A stretch of 64,000 bases of DNA from Bacteroidota bacterium (GTDB taxonomy: Bacteria > Bacteroidota > Bacteroidia > AKYH767-A > OLB10): NCBI GenBank assembly GCA_023251535.1, contig JAHEYP010000001.1, positions 288,868 through 352,867 on the forward strand, read 5' to 3'. Under the pieces are notes generated by a model. That model searched no databases. It was not told the origin of the DNA and saw only the letters and a program-made list of their open reading frames with translations. Below are positions 1 through 9,080 of the stretch, one piece after another (position 1 is the stretch's first letter; each line of letters opens with the position of its first letter). The position numbers and the translations under genes were made by a program.

Positions 1-1
1 A

Positions 2-73
2 TTACCAAACGATCCTTGTCCTTGTGGAAGCGGAAAGAAATACAAAAAATGTCACGGAGCAATGGATCATTAA
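2..73 (+). CDS. secA: 3' end of a SEC-C motif protein, most likely preprotein translocase SecA (partial)
   Basis: Frame starting at nt 2 reads LPNDPCPCGSGKKYKKCHGAMDH*, the canonical C-terminal SEC-C zinc motif. It is followed by a terminator. Only the last 23 codons are visible. Confidence 0.7.
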   Translation, partial: LPNDPCPCGSGKKYKKCHGAMDH

Positions 74-91
74 TCCCTGATAAAATATTTG

Positions 92-124
92 AAAAGCAGC
101 ATTGGAAACGATGCTGCTTTTTTT
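92..124 (+). terminator. Intrinsic terminator after the SEC-C gene
   Basis: AAAAGCAGCAT-TGGAAACG-ATGCTGCTTTT hairpin followed by a T-run. Confidence 0.85.
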
Positions 125-270
125 GTGCGCAAGAATATTCATCTTCACATTTCCCTCCTAAACTACCTCCTATTCACTATAACCTATTGATGCAATTTAG
201 GAATTAATAATTGTTGAAGTAAACAAATCGGTTTAATTAAGGCTCATTAGCAAATAATTTCTGTTGCAAT

Positions 271-300
271 AAAAAAGGGATGACTCTTTCGAATCATCCC
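271..300 (-). terminator. Intrinsic terminator of the giant secreted protein gene
   Basis: Minus strand reads GGGATGATTC-GAAA-GAGTCATCCC-TTTTTT. Confidence 0.85.
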
Positions 301-329
301 GTAAAACCTGAAAAACTACTGAGAAATCT

Positions 330-3300
330 TTATGGACAAGTATGATTAAATTGAGAAAGTAGAATTAAGAAGTCGACATTATTCACCAAACCATTATTAT
401 CTAAATCCTGTGTGCAAGTACAGTTTTGATTAAACAATCCTAATAAAGTTAAGAAGTCGCTATTGTTGGTCACGTTATCATGATTGAAATCGGATACTAA
501 AGCTGGAGTAATATTCACAGGTGTAGAAGTTGCCACACAACCTAATCTAGAATTCGAAACAGTTACACTATACGATTGGATAGAGTCAACTGTAATCGCC
601 TGAGTTGTATCTCCTGTAGACCATAAATAAGTATTATGAGAACCACTCGGAGCAGAAAGAGTTACGCTGCTTCCATAACAAATACTTGTGCTCCCTGAAG
701 GAGTGATACTAGCGTTGTAATTTGAGCAAATATCTAAATCAAGATTTTCAACAATATCAGATCTGAATTTTCTCAATTTATAATCACCAAAATCTTTTGC
801 TTCTACGCTATCTTGATAAAGAATATTAGCTCCACCATCGGTAATAATTTGCAAACTATTGCTTGAAAGTGCACCAGTTGAATCCACACCTTGCATAAGT
901 CCTTCAACATTTAATATTCCTCCAATTGGATTACTGATTAGCAGCGGAGCATCATCTGCATATCCAGACCATTTATACAGATTATTAACTCCTCCATCAT
1001 CAATTGGGCTACCAGCAACAATGATGTAAGTACCATTATTTAAACGAGTGATATCGCGAATTCCTCTGAAATCAAGGTTAAGTTCAATTGGATTACCGAA
1101 TGTTGGATTTCCTGTAGGTGAACCATTATTAAACCATGCTTCAAAATTCAACACAGGCACAATTACTGCGTTATGTCTAAAGTTTGTAGGAACAAGAGGT
1201 GCTCTTAATCCCAAGTACATGGTAGTACTATCAGGTCCTACAACCATTCCCTCTAAAGAGAATCCTGCCATCGCCTTAGAATTAACACCTGCTGCGGCAG
1301 AAGCAGTGAAATTATATCCATTAGCATCACCCCAAGCAAGAAGTGAACTTCTGAAATTATAATATCCTACAAACGTAAAAGAGGTACTATCACCTGTTCC
1401 ATTTATATCAGTAGCAAAGAATCGATCGCGATTAGGTTTATTGTCATAAGGTAATTTTCCATTACTCATAGAACCTGTCCAATAAACGCGATTAGCAATT
1501 TTCATGCTTCTTGTACCTGCTTCAACATCTACTTCAGGTTTTCCAGGATCAGGCAATGCTAAACTAGAAGTGTAGTTATAACTTTTCACTTGTAGACCTG
1601 AATGATGACGAGAATACACATTCAACAAGTTCAATTCATCATCTCCGACTACGTAAAAGTTTTGATCTAATGCTACTGCATCAGAACCATCAGACATACC
1701 CGTATGCCAAAATTCCTTATTTACATTTAAAACAGGATCAGCAGATGAAGCAGCAAAATTTATTACATAAGAAGTGCTCAACAACCCATCAGAAACTGAC
1801 ACAGTAATATTTGAATAACCAACCGCTGTAGGAATAATTTTCACGTTTCTTATTGCACCTAATCCTGAAATAATAACATTTGAATCGGCAACTACGAGTT
1901 GATTACTACTACTAACAGAAAGTGTTAATGAGCTATCACTAGTTTCTATATCACTAATTAAAAAATTAATTCCTTCATGCGCTGCAGGATCAGTTAAATC
2001 TCCAATCACACCGCTCAATCCAAAAGGAGACGGAGAAACTAAATTGCCATTATCAATATAGTTTGAAGTAGAAACATGCATTGAAATTACAGGAGCATTA
2101 TTGGAATCATCGTCAATCAATTTAAGAGATGTAGAAACAACATTTCCTAATTGAATTCCTGTTGAAGGATTACTAATAGTAAATAATGCAATTTCTGTTC
2201 CTTCATCAGTTGCATCATTAACTACAGTAAATGACACACTACCTGAAGTTGCTCCATTAGGAATCAATATTGTTGTATCACTTAAAATATAATCACCGGA
2301 TGTAATTCCTAGTCCACTAATTGACAACTTCACATATTGGTTTCCTATTACTGGGGCCGAAGAAGTTGCTATAATATTAACAATACTAGAAGTTGATTCG
2401 AATGCAGAGTCTTTACTAGCTGAAAGCGTTACAGTAGGAATACCGGTTTCAATTGGAGAGAATGAAATTCCTTTATTAAATACTCCTACTGTTGCAGGAA
2501 CTATTGTTGTTGCTGTAGAACCTACACCATTATCAATTATTTTAACAACTCTATTACCTGTGGTTTCAAAAGTAGTTGCATAAATTATTGGAGATGATTG
2601 AGTATAATCAACAATAATACCATAAGCACCAATATTACTTGCACCTGTACCTAATGTATAAGCAAGAGACCATGTGCTACCAGACATAATCCACTTTTGA
2701 ACACCACCAGCAGAAGTATTTAAATTTACTGCTATATAGCAAACATCTAATGAAGGATTAAATGAGAAATCTTCAGGGATAATTGTTCCAGTATTTATTA
2801 CTTGAGAAACCGTTACGCTACCCGACGTAGGAAGTCCGCCACTTAGTTTAAAGATTCCTAATTGAGAAGCTGTATTCGAAGGGCCAGCTTTTTGTGTTGA
2901 ATAATAAATCTCGCCATTAAAAATTCGAATGCCGTACGACTTTGGCGGAACAGCACCTGTTGCTAATCCTATTTGTGTTCCTGGACCAAAATAATTTATA
3001 CCATCTACATTAGCTACTGATGCTCCTGATGCCCAAAAGTTTGTTCCGTCAGAAACACCACCTCTAATATCATTGAGATTGTAAAACAAATTACTTGTAG
3101 CAAATGGAACATACGAACCTGAGGCTGTAACTTTTCCAATTACTCTTGGCACGGTTGAGGAAGTTGTTCCTGTAATATCTGCGAAAGATGCTGATGTATT
3201 ATAACCCGAAACAACTAAATACTTTCCATCAGTTGATGTAGTTAAAAATCCTTCAGATCCACCATAAACACCTGCAGTTTGAATTGCGTTAACTCCTGTA

Positions 3301-6152
3301 GAAGGTAGAACAACAGAAGCTCCTTGAGCACCAGTAACAGAATACTCTTTTAAAATAATAGGAGAAGATGATTTGCTTACAGTAGTATTTGTTTGAAGTA
3401 CCACTAAATTTCCTGCAGAAAAACTTGATGAATTTACAACTATGTTTATTGTTCTTGCGATACTTGCTCCACAATTATTAGTTGCAATTACACTTAAAGT
3501 TCCACCTGTAGCGCTTAAAGAAAAATCAATAGCAATACTACTCGAGCTACCAATAATTGTTGCACCGGTTCCTGAATAACTCCATGTATATGTTACAGAC
3601 GAATCTGCTGGAACAGAATAAATCACACCTGATTGTCCAGGACTAACAAATGAACTGCTTTGTATGAATGAGCCAGGTTGATTTGCAATAGTTTTTACAT
3701 TAACATGAACAGCGTTCGATGTTTTTGCACAAATTCCTTGAGCAATTACTGCATAATAGTCACCCGATTGCTTAACAACTATTGAACTAGTCGTATCACC
3801 ATTCGACCATAAGTAACTAAATCCAGAAGGTGCTTGAAGCATCACTGAATCACCATTACAAAAAGTTAATGAACCTACAATATTAATTGTTGCAGGTATC
3901 GATATTACATGAATTGTATCGTTTAAAGAACTTACTAATGAAGAAGTAACGCACGATTCAGACGAAGTCATGGTGCAATAAACTATTGTGCTATCAGTAA
4001 ACAAACTATCAGTATAGTTAAGGGAATTATTACCAACTGGCAAACCATTCTTATACCATTGATATATCGGAGTCAACCCACTATTCAATCCTTGAGCTGT
4101 AAAAGTAATAGTAGTACCCTCACAAATATTCAATGGTTTATCAGCTGAAATTTGCACAGACGGTTGTACTAATGATTTTACTACAATTGAAATTGTATCA
4201 GATGAACTTATGCAACCAGATCCATTATTAACTTGAACAGAATAATTTCCTGAAGTTAAAACAGTAATGCTTTGAGTAGTATCACCTGTAGACCATAAAT
4301 AGGTGCTTCCCAATGATGAAGTAAGAATCGTTGAATCACCTTGACAAAAACTTAATGGTCCGCTAGAAGAAATCGTAGCAATACCACTACTAATATGAAT
4401 TGTATCACCAATCGAACTAATAATAGCTTGTGAAATACAGCTAGCATTAGAGGTAAGTGTACAGGTAATAACATCCCCCTCTATTAGAGATGAAGAAGAG
4501 AAGGTTGAACTAGAACCAACTGAGACACCATTGACCTTCCAATCATAGCTTGGGGAACTTCCTCCGTTCGACACTTGGGCTGAAAAAACAATATTCGTCC
4601 CGTTACAAATAGAGAATCCAGGATTCGCCAAAACAGAAATGGAGGGAGTAACTATTGGATTAACATTTACAATTACATTATTTGAAGTAGATGAACATCC
4701 AAATGCATTTGTAACAACAACCGAATTATCACTTGATGTATTTACTTTAATTGATGAACTTGTATCGCCATTTGACCAGAGATTTGAGTTTCCTGAAGTA
4801 ACTGATAAGATCACTGAATCTCCTTGACAAAAACTCAGTGGCCCAGAAGCTGTAATAATAGAGCTAGGAGTCGCATTAATAACAACTGAAGTTGTTGTTG
4901 AAGTTGTTCCGCACAAGTTCGTAACTGTTAGTGAATAAACACCGGTACCAGCTTCAGCAACTTGACTAATAGAAGGTGATTGTAAAGAGGAAGAAAACGA
5001 GTTTGGCCCTGTCCAAGCATATGTTAATGGAGAGGTTCCGGATATGTTACTTGTCAAATTCAATGTAGTACCACTACACAATGGAGTATTTGAACTAATT
5101 GAAGATATGGTAGGTGCTGTACAATTTGTTTTTGGAGCAAAAGCTATACCTTTTATTATACCACTATTTGAAAGAGTATAAAGCACTAAATTATTCGCTG
5201 TAGTAATACTAATATTAGAGTTATAGCCTGCAACATCTGTAAGTTTAACTACCTTATTGTTAACAGTAGCTCCTGTTCCGCTTGTTACAAAAATGTCAGA
5301 ACCTACAGTTTGCTTTTTTGCGCAGATACCAAATCCACCAAAATTTGTTGTATAAGTTGAGTTATCTACCCAAACACCACTCACTAAAGAGTATTTATGA
5401 ATTACTCCTACAGTAGCCGAAGTACTCTCAAGAGTATATAAGATATCAAACTGTGAGCCATTTGCACCGGAAGAAACCAAATAAAAATCTTGGAAAGTAG
5501 CATTATTTGTAAGGCCAGGCAATCCAGTAATTGTTCCAGGAGAAATAGCATTAACAGTATTAACGCAAATAGAAGTAGTTGTTGAACTTTGTATTCCTAC
5601 ATAAACAGTTCCTCCAAACGATTTCGCTGCTCTTAAATTAGCTACAGTGATTGCCGCAGTTGAATTATTAGTGTATAAACCTCCCTGATCGGCAATAAAC
5701 CAATTCGAATTATCTAATGATGTTGCGCCACGTGTTTGGTTTCCGGAAGTGCCTGTGTAACTTGCTGCAATAGACACTGCGTATGAAGGAGAAATTGCAG
5801 CAACTACTCGAGGATTTAGCGTATTTGCATTGGAAGTTGAGTTGGTGTTATTCACTCCCGTAAATTCTAACAATGAGCCATCATTTGAATTAGCTAAATA
5901 ACATGTTGAGGTAGCACTTCCTGAAACCCTTATTGCATTTGCACCTGTACCACTAATATTTAGTGAGTTCACTGGTGTTGTATTTGAAATAGAAGGATTA
6001 ATTTCAAGTATACTTGCCGTAGTATTTGAAGCACTTGCAGCTGCTACTACAATGGCAAGATTACCCGGAGTAAAAGATTGGGCAAAGGATTGGGATGTGA
6101 CACTCAATAAACTACTTAATAATAAAATTAGAAAACTTAGTTTGTTTTTCAT
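330..6152 (-). CDS. Giant secreted multidomain protein (~1940 aa): two 'FT/SxGNLxV...GIxFxP' domains, Ig/PKD-like repeats, Calx-beta, cadherin-like, DUF3616-like domain and C-terminal dockerin-like EF-hand pair
   Basis: Signal peptide MKNKLSF...SFAQ (ATG at 6152 preferred over TTG at 6176). Repeated 'GPLSFCQGDS..YLWSTG' Ig units. Calx-beta-like 'GDY...SGSVSFTVVNDATDEGTE...IDDD'. DUF3616-like 'VVGDDE..DVEAG..YWTGS..LEGM..LGLRAPL..GIRDI'. Tail DFNHDNVTNNSDFLTLL / DLDNNGLVNNVDFLILL. Confidence 0.8.
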   Translation of the reverse strand: MKNKLSFLILLLSSLLSVTSQSFAQSFTPGNLAIVVAAASASNTTASILEINPSISNTTPVNSLNISGTGANAIRVSGSATSTCYLANSNDGSLLEFTGVNNTNSTSNANTLNPRVVAAISPSYAVSIAASYTGTSGNQTRGATSLDNSNWFIADQGGLYTNNSTAAITVANLRAAKSFGGTVYVGIQSSTTTSICVNTVNAISPGTITGLPGLTNNATFQDFYLVSSGANGSQFDILYTLESTSATVGVIHKYSLVSGVWVDNSTYTTNFGGFGICAKKQTVGSDIFVTSGTGATVNNKVVKLTDVAGYNSNISITTANNLVLYTLSNSGIIKGIAFAPKTNCTAPTISSISSNTPLCSGTTLNLTSNISGTSPLTYAWTGPNSFSSSLQSPSISQVAEAGTGVYSLTVTNLCGTTSTTTSVVINATPSSIITASGPLSFCQGDSVILSVTSGNSNLWSNGDTSSSIKVNTSSDNSVVVTNAFGCSSTSNNVIVNVNPIVTPSISVLANPGFSICNGTNIVFSAQVSNGGSSPSYDWKVNGVSVGSSSTFSSSSLIEGDVITCTLTSNASCISQAIISSIGDTIHISSGIATISSSGPLSFCQGDSTILTSSLGSTYLWSTGDTTQSITVLTSGNYSVQVNNGSGCISSSDTISIVVKSLVQPSVQISADKPLNICEGTTITFTAQGLNSGLTPIYQWYKNGLPVGNNSLNYTDSLFTDSTIVYCTMTSSESCVTSSLVSSLNDTIHVISIPATINIVGSLTFCNGDSVMLQAPSGFSYLWSNGDTTSSIVVKQSGDYYAVIAQGICAKTSNAVHVNVKTIANQPGSFIQSSSFVSPGQSGVIYSVPADSSVTYTWSYSGTGATIIGSSSSIAIDFSLSATGGTLSVIATNNCGASIARTINIVVNSSSFSAGNLVVLQTNTTVSKSSSPIILKEYSVTGAQGASVVLPSTGVNAIQTAGVYGGSEGFLTTSTDGKYLVVSGYNTSASFADITGTTSSTVPRVIGKVTASGSYVPFATSNLFYNLNDIRGGVSDGTNFWASGASVANVDGINYFGPGTQIGLATGAVPPKSYGIRIFNGEIYYSTQKAGPSNTASQLGIFKLSGGLPTSGSVTVSQVINTGTIIPEDFSFNPSLDVCYIAVNLNTSAGGVQKWIMSGSTWSLAYTLGTGASNIGAYGIIVDYTQSSPIIYATTFETTGNRVVKIIDNGVGSTATTIVPATVGVFNKGISFSPIETGIPTVTLSASKDSAFESTSSIVNIIATSSAPVIGNQYVKLSISGLGITSGDYILSDTTILIPNGATSGSVSFTVVNDATDEGTEIALFTISNPSTGIQLGNVVSTSLKLIDDDSNNAPVISMHVSTSNYIDNGNLVSPSPFGLSGVIGDLTDPAAHEGINFLISDIETSDSSLTLSVSSSNQLVVADSNVIISGLGAIRNVKIIPTAVGYSNITVSVSDGLLSTSYVINFAASSADPVLNVNKEFWHTGMSDGSDAVALDQNFYVVGDDELNLLNVYSRHHSGLQVKSYNYTSSLALPDPGKPEVDVEAGTRSMKIANRVYWTGSMSNGKLPYDNKPNRDRFFATDINGTGDSTSFTFVGYYNFRSSLLAWGDANGYNFTASAAAGVNSKAMAGFSLEGMVVGPDSTTMYLGLRAPLVPTNFRHNAVIVPVLNFEAWFNNGSPTGNPTFGNPIELNLDFRGIRDITRLNNGTYIIVAGSPIDDGGVNNLYKWSGYADDAPLLISNPIGGILNVEGLMQGVDSTGALSSNSLQIITDGGANILYQDSVEAKDFGDYKLRKFRSDIVENLDLDICSNYNASITPSGSTSICYGSSVTLSAPSGSHNTYLWSTGDTTQAITVDSIQSYSVTVSNSRLGCVATSTPVNITPALVSDFNHDNVTNNSDFLTLLGLFNQNCTCTQDLDNNGLVNNVDFLILLSQFNHTCP

Positions 6153-6667
6153 TGAATTAGAATTTTGGTCCGACAAAGTACCTTCTTTAAATCGCTATTT
6201 AAATTACCGTTCATTTAAAGAATCATTAACCTATTTACAGTTTAATGTTATCTAAAACCAAAAAAATCATTAACACTCAAGAAAAATCGGAAGGCAAACA
6301 ATAGGCAAAATATTTTTCATGTTTTTACCGATGGGAATATTTCGCCAACTATACTAGGTTCGTGGCCCATAGAAAACCTTTAATAAAATGACCACACAAA
6401 ATATCAGAAGTATTCGATGCCTTAACATTAATTCACATTTCAAAGCTACATTAACTAATTGTTATTTCATTTCGACAGGATAGCTTTTTACTAATCTAAA
6501 CTACTTACCCCCTAACTTTAATTAGTTTTTCAGCTACGTATTGTGTTTGTTTCATCTTTAAAGATAGGACGAAGGTTACATTTACGCATAACATCATTTT
6601 TCGCGATAAGTCATTCGATAGTTTTACTTCGATTTCAAACTAAATCGAACATAAAAACTATCATAAA

Positions 6668-7699
6668 ATGAAAAAACAATCTCTACTCCTAACCTTCGCG
6701 TTACTTGTATTCTCGATAGCCGCAAAAGCCACTGTCATAACAGTATCTAATAGTCCAATTTCAGGCGGACAATATACGGATGCGCAAACTGCTATTAACG
6801 CTGCATTAGTTGACGATACTATTTATTTACATGGTTCAGGAATTTCTTATGGAAATCTTACTATTACCAAACGCATAACATTAATAGGCGCAGGATATAA
6901 TCCAACGGGTACACAGTTCGTACAGCCTACGATAGTTGGATCAGTTTCGTTAGACACCGTAGCATTTACTAATCCTGTAAGTGGATTACATATCATCGGA
7001 ATACAAGCGAACGACTTTTCGACTTACAATCCTATTAACAACGTACATTTTGAAAGATGTGCAGGTACGTTTAATTATGTGAGAGGGGACGGATGGATTG
7101 TTGAGCATTGCATTATTTATTCTTTTTATTGCTTTAGCACACCATTTAGCAGCAGAATACTTCGCAATAATATTATCTACGGTAGTGGTGCAATTAGTTT
7201 CAACGGAGCAACAAATGGTGCAGGAATGTTGATTGATCATAATATTATTCAAGGCACTATCAGTTACCTTCAATATGCAGTAATTACAAATAATGTTTTT
7301 ACTTTTAGTGGAATAGCCAATTCGGCTGGAAACTCTTTTAATACATATAACAACAATATCACTGTAAACACAGTTCCCGATGCGATTCCTCTAACAAATA
7401 ATTCAGGAAGCGGTAATATCAACAATGCTAATCCAGCAACAATATTTATTGGTAACGTAACTTCAGCACAAAGCTATCCGGCGTTACTTAATGTTAACTG
7501 GCACCTCACTCCTACTTCACCTGGACATAATGCTGCTACCGATGGAACTGATGTTGGTATTTATGGTGGAGCTAATCCGATGCTGAATTTAACTGGTGCT
7601 TCAACACTTCCACAGATGACAGAGTTGAATATTCAAAACCCAAGCTTACCAGTAAACGGAACATTGAACTATCAATTCAAAGCTCGCAAGCAGAATTAA
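6668..7699 (+). CDS. Secreted right-handed parallel beta-helix (pectin-lyase-like fold) protein, no T9SS CTD
   Basis: Signal peptide; 'YTDAQTAINAA..DTIYL..YGNLTITKRITLIGAG' beta-helix cap; NN-rich coils; 'SPGHNAATDGTDVGIYGG' closing motif. Confidence 0.8.
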   Translation: MKKQSLLLTFALLVFSIAAKATVITVSNSPISGGQYTDAQTAINAALVDDTIYLHGSGISYGNLTITKRITLIGAGYNPTGTQFVQPTIVGSVSLDTVAFTNPVSGLHIIGIQANDFSTYNPINNVHFERCAGTFNYVRGDGWIVEHCIIYSFYCFSTPFSSRILRNNIIYGSGAISFNGATNGAGMLIDHNIIQGTISYLQYAVITNNVFTFSGIANSAGNSFNTYNNNITVNTVPDAIPLTNNSGSGNINNANPATIFIGNVTSAQSYPALLNVNWHLTPTSPGHNAATDGTDVGIYGGANPMLNLTGASTLPQMTELNIQNPSLPVNGTLNYQFKARKQN

Positions 7700-7728
7700 T
7701 CAATTTCATCTGACAAAAATATGTTCAT

Positions 7729-8997
7729 ATGAAAAAGATCATTCAAAAATGGAGTATTCTGCTGATGATACTTTCAGCATACTCCGGCTACGGACAACAG
7801 ATAAATCGAGGGGAATATTTTATCGATACTGATCCCGGTGTAGGTAATGGTACTGCCATAACAATTACTTCTGCCGATTCTGTTGATATTTCGAGCAGCA
7901 TCAATTTAACGGGAATAAGTCCCGGATTTCATACACTGCACGTACGTGTGCGATACAATAATACAGGCATACGCGAATGGAGTTTATTCGAAGGTCGCAG
8001 GTTTTATATCAACCCGTCTTCTAACGGTAGTGCATCACCGCAAGTTGTCGCAGCTGAACGTTTCATTGATACAGATCCGGGGTTAGGAAACGGGACGCCT
8101 ATCAATACAGGTGCAGCTGCCGATTCAATTACAAAATCTGCAACATTAAGCACTAACGGATTGGCACCAGGATTTCATCATTTATTCGTTAGAGTAAAAG
8201 ATGCTTCAGGCAAATGGAGTTTATATGAGCCTCGCGTTTTTTATATTATTCCTCCTTCTACTGCGAATCAAGCTCAAATTGCTTCGGCAGAATATTTCTT
8301 TGATGTAGATCCGGGCTTGGGCAACGGGACGTCTGTTGCAACAGGAGCAAATGCCGACTCAATTAATATTTCTTCAACTGCATCAATAGCGGGATTAACA
8401 GAAGGATTTCATCATTTCTTTGTTAGAGTAAAAAGCACTGATGGCATCTGGAGTTTATACGCTGCGCGAAATTTTTACATCAATGCTTCTGGAACAATTG
8501 TAAGCGCTCAGATATCAAATGCTGAATACTTCTATGATACCGATCCGGGAGAAGGCAATGGAACAGCTGTTACTCCATCTTTCTCTCCTGCAGATTCAGT
8601 GAATATTTCCGCCAATACTGTAGTCACAGGATTAACACCCGGATATCATTACATGTTTGTTAGAGCACAAGACCAAGATGGAAAATGGAGTTTGCCGGTT
8701 TCAGATACTTTATGGATCGGTACTGCGGGCATAAACGAATTGGTAGCTAATACTAATGTTAATTTGAGTCCGAATCCTGTTCAATCATCTTGCATTATTT
8801 CATATCATGGAGTTCAACCGAATTCCTATTTAAAATTATGCGACCTTTCAGGAAGAGTTGTTTACAATGAAAGCCTCCAAGGACAAGAAGGCAAACAATT
8901 TATCACATTACCCGAACTAGCCAATGGAGTTTATTATTGGACTACCTACAGCGGATATAAAAATTCTGCCAAAGGAAAAATAATAGTCGCACATTAA
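7729..8997 (+). CDS. T9SS type A sorting-domain protein with four 'EYFxDxDPGxGNG' Ig-like repeats
   Basis: Signal peptide. Four repeats of 78-81 aa (Glu codons at 7813, 8056, 8290, 8524). C-terminal 'LSPNPV...DLSGRVV...LANGVYY...KIIVAH' CTD. Confidence 0.85.
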   Translation: MKKIIQKWSILLMILSAYSGYGQQINRGEYFIDTDPGVGNGTAITITSADSVDISSSINLTGISPGFHTLHVRVRYNNTGIREWSLFEGRRFYINPSSNGSASPQVVAAERFIDTDPGLGNGTPINTGAAADSITKSATLSTNGLAPGFHHLFVRVKDASGKWSLYEPRVFYIIPPSTANQAQIASAEYFFDVDPGLGNGTSVATGANADSINISSTASIAGLTEGFHHFFVRVKSTDGIWSLYAARNFYINASGTIVSAQISNAEYFYDTDPGEGNGTAVTPSFSPADSVNISANTVVTGLTPGYHYMFVRAQDQDGKWSLPVSDTLWIGTAGINELVANTNVNLSPNPVQSSCIISYHGVQPNSYLKLCDLSGRVVYNESLQGQEGKQFITLPELANGVYYWTTYSGYKNSAKGKIIVAH

Positions 8998-9005
8998 TGT
9001 TAAGT

Positions 9006-9039
9006 AAAAGCCCCGTTGATTTTTCACGGGGCTTTTTAT
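9006..9039 (+). terminator. Intrinsic, probably bidirectional, terminator between convergent genes
   Basis: AAAAGCCCCG-TTGATTTTTCA-CGGGGCTTTT. Confidence 0.85.
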
Positions 9040-9080
9040 TTAAACGTCAACCAATAATACTTTCAGTCTTCATCAGCATA

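Noticed and set aside
16-207. 63-aa ORF at the window start
   Set aside because: Out of frame with the real SEC-C coding frame and runs through its terminator
6190-6240. Possible 11-bp-periodic NNTAA repeats (PhoB/OmpR-like boxes) upstream of the giant gene
   Set aside because: Only three weak units in very AT-rich DNA; cannot be distinguished from chance by eye
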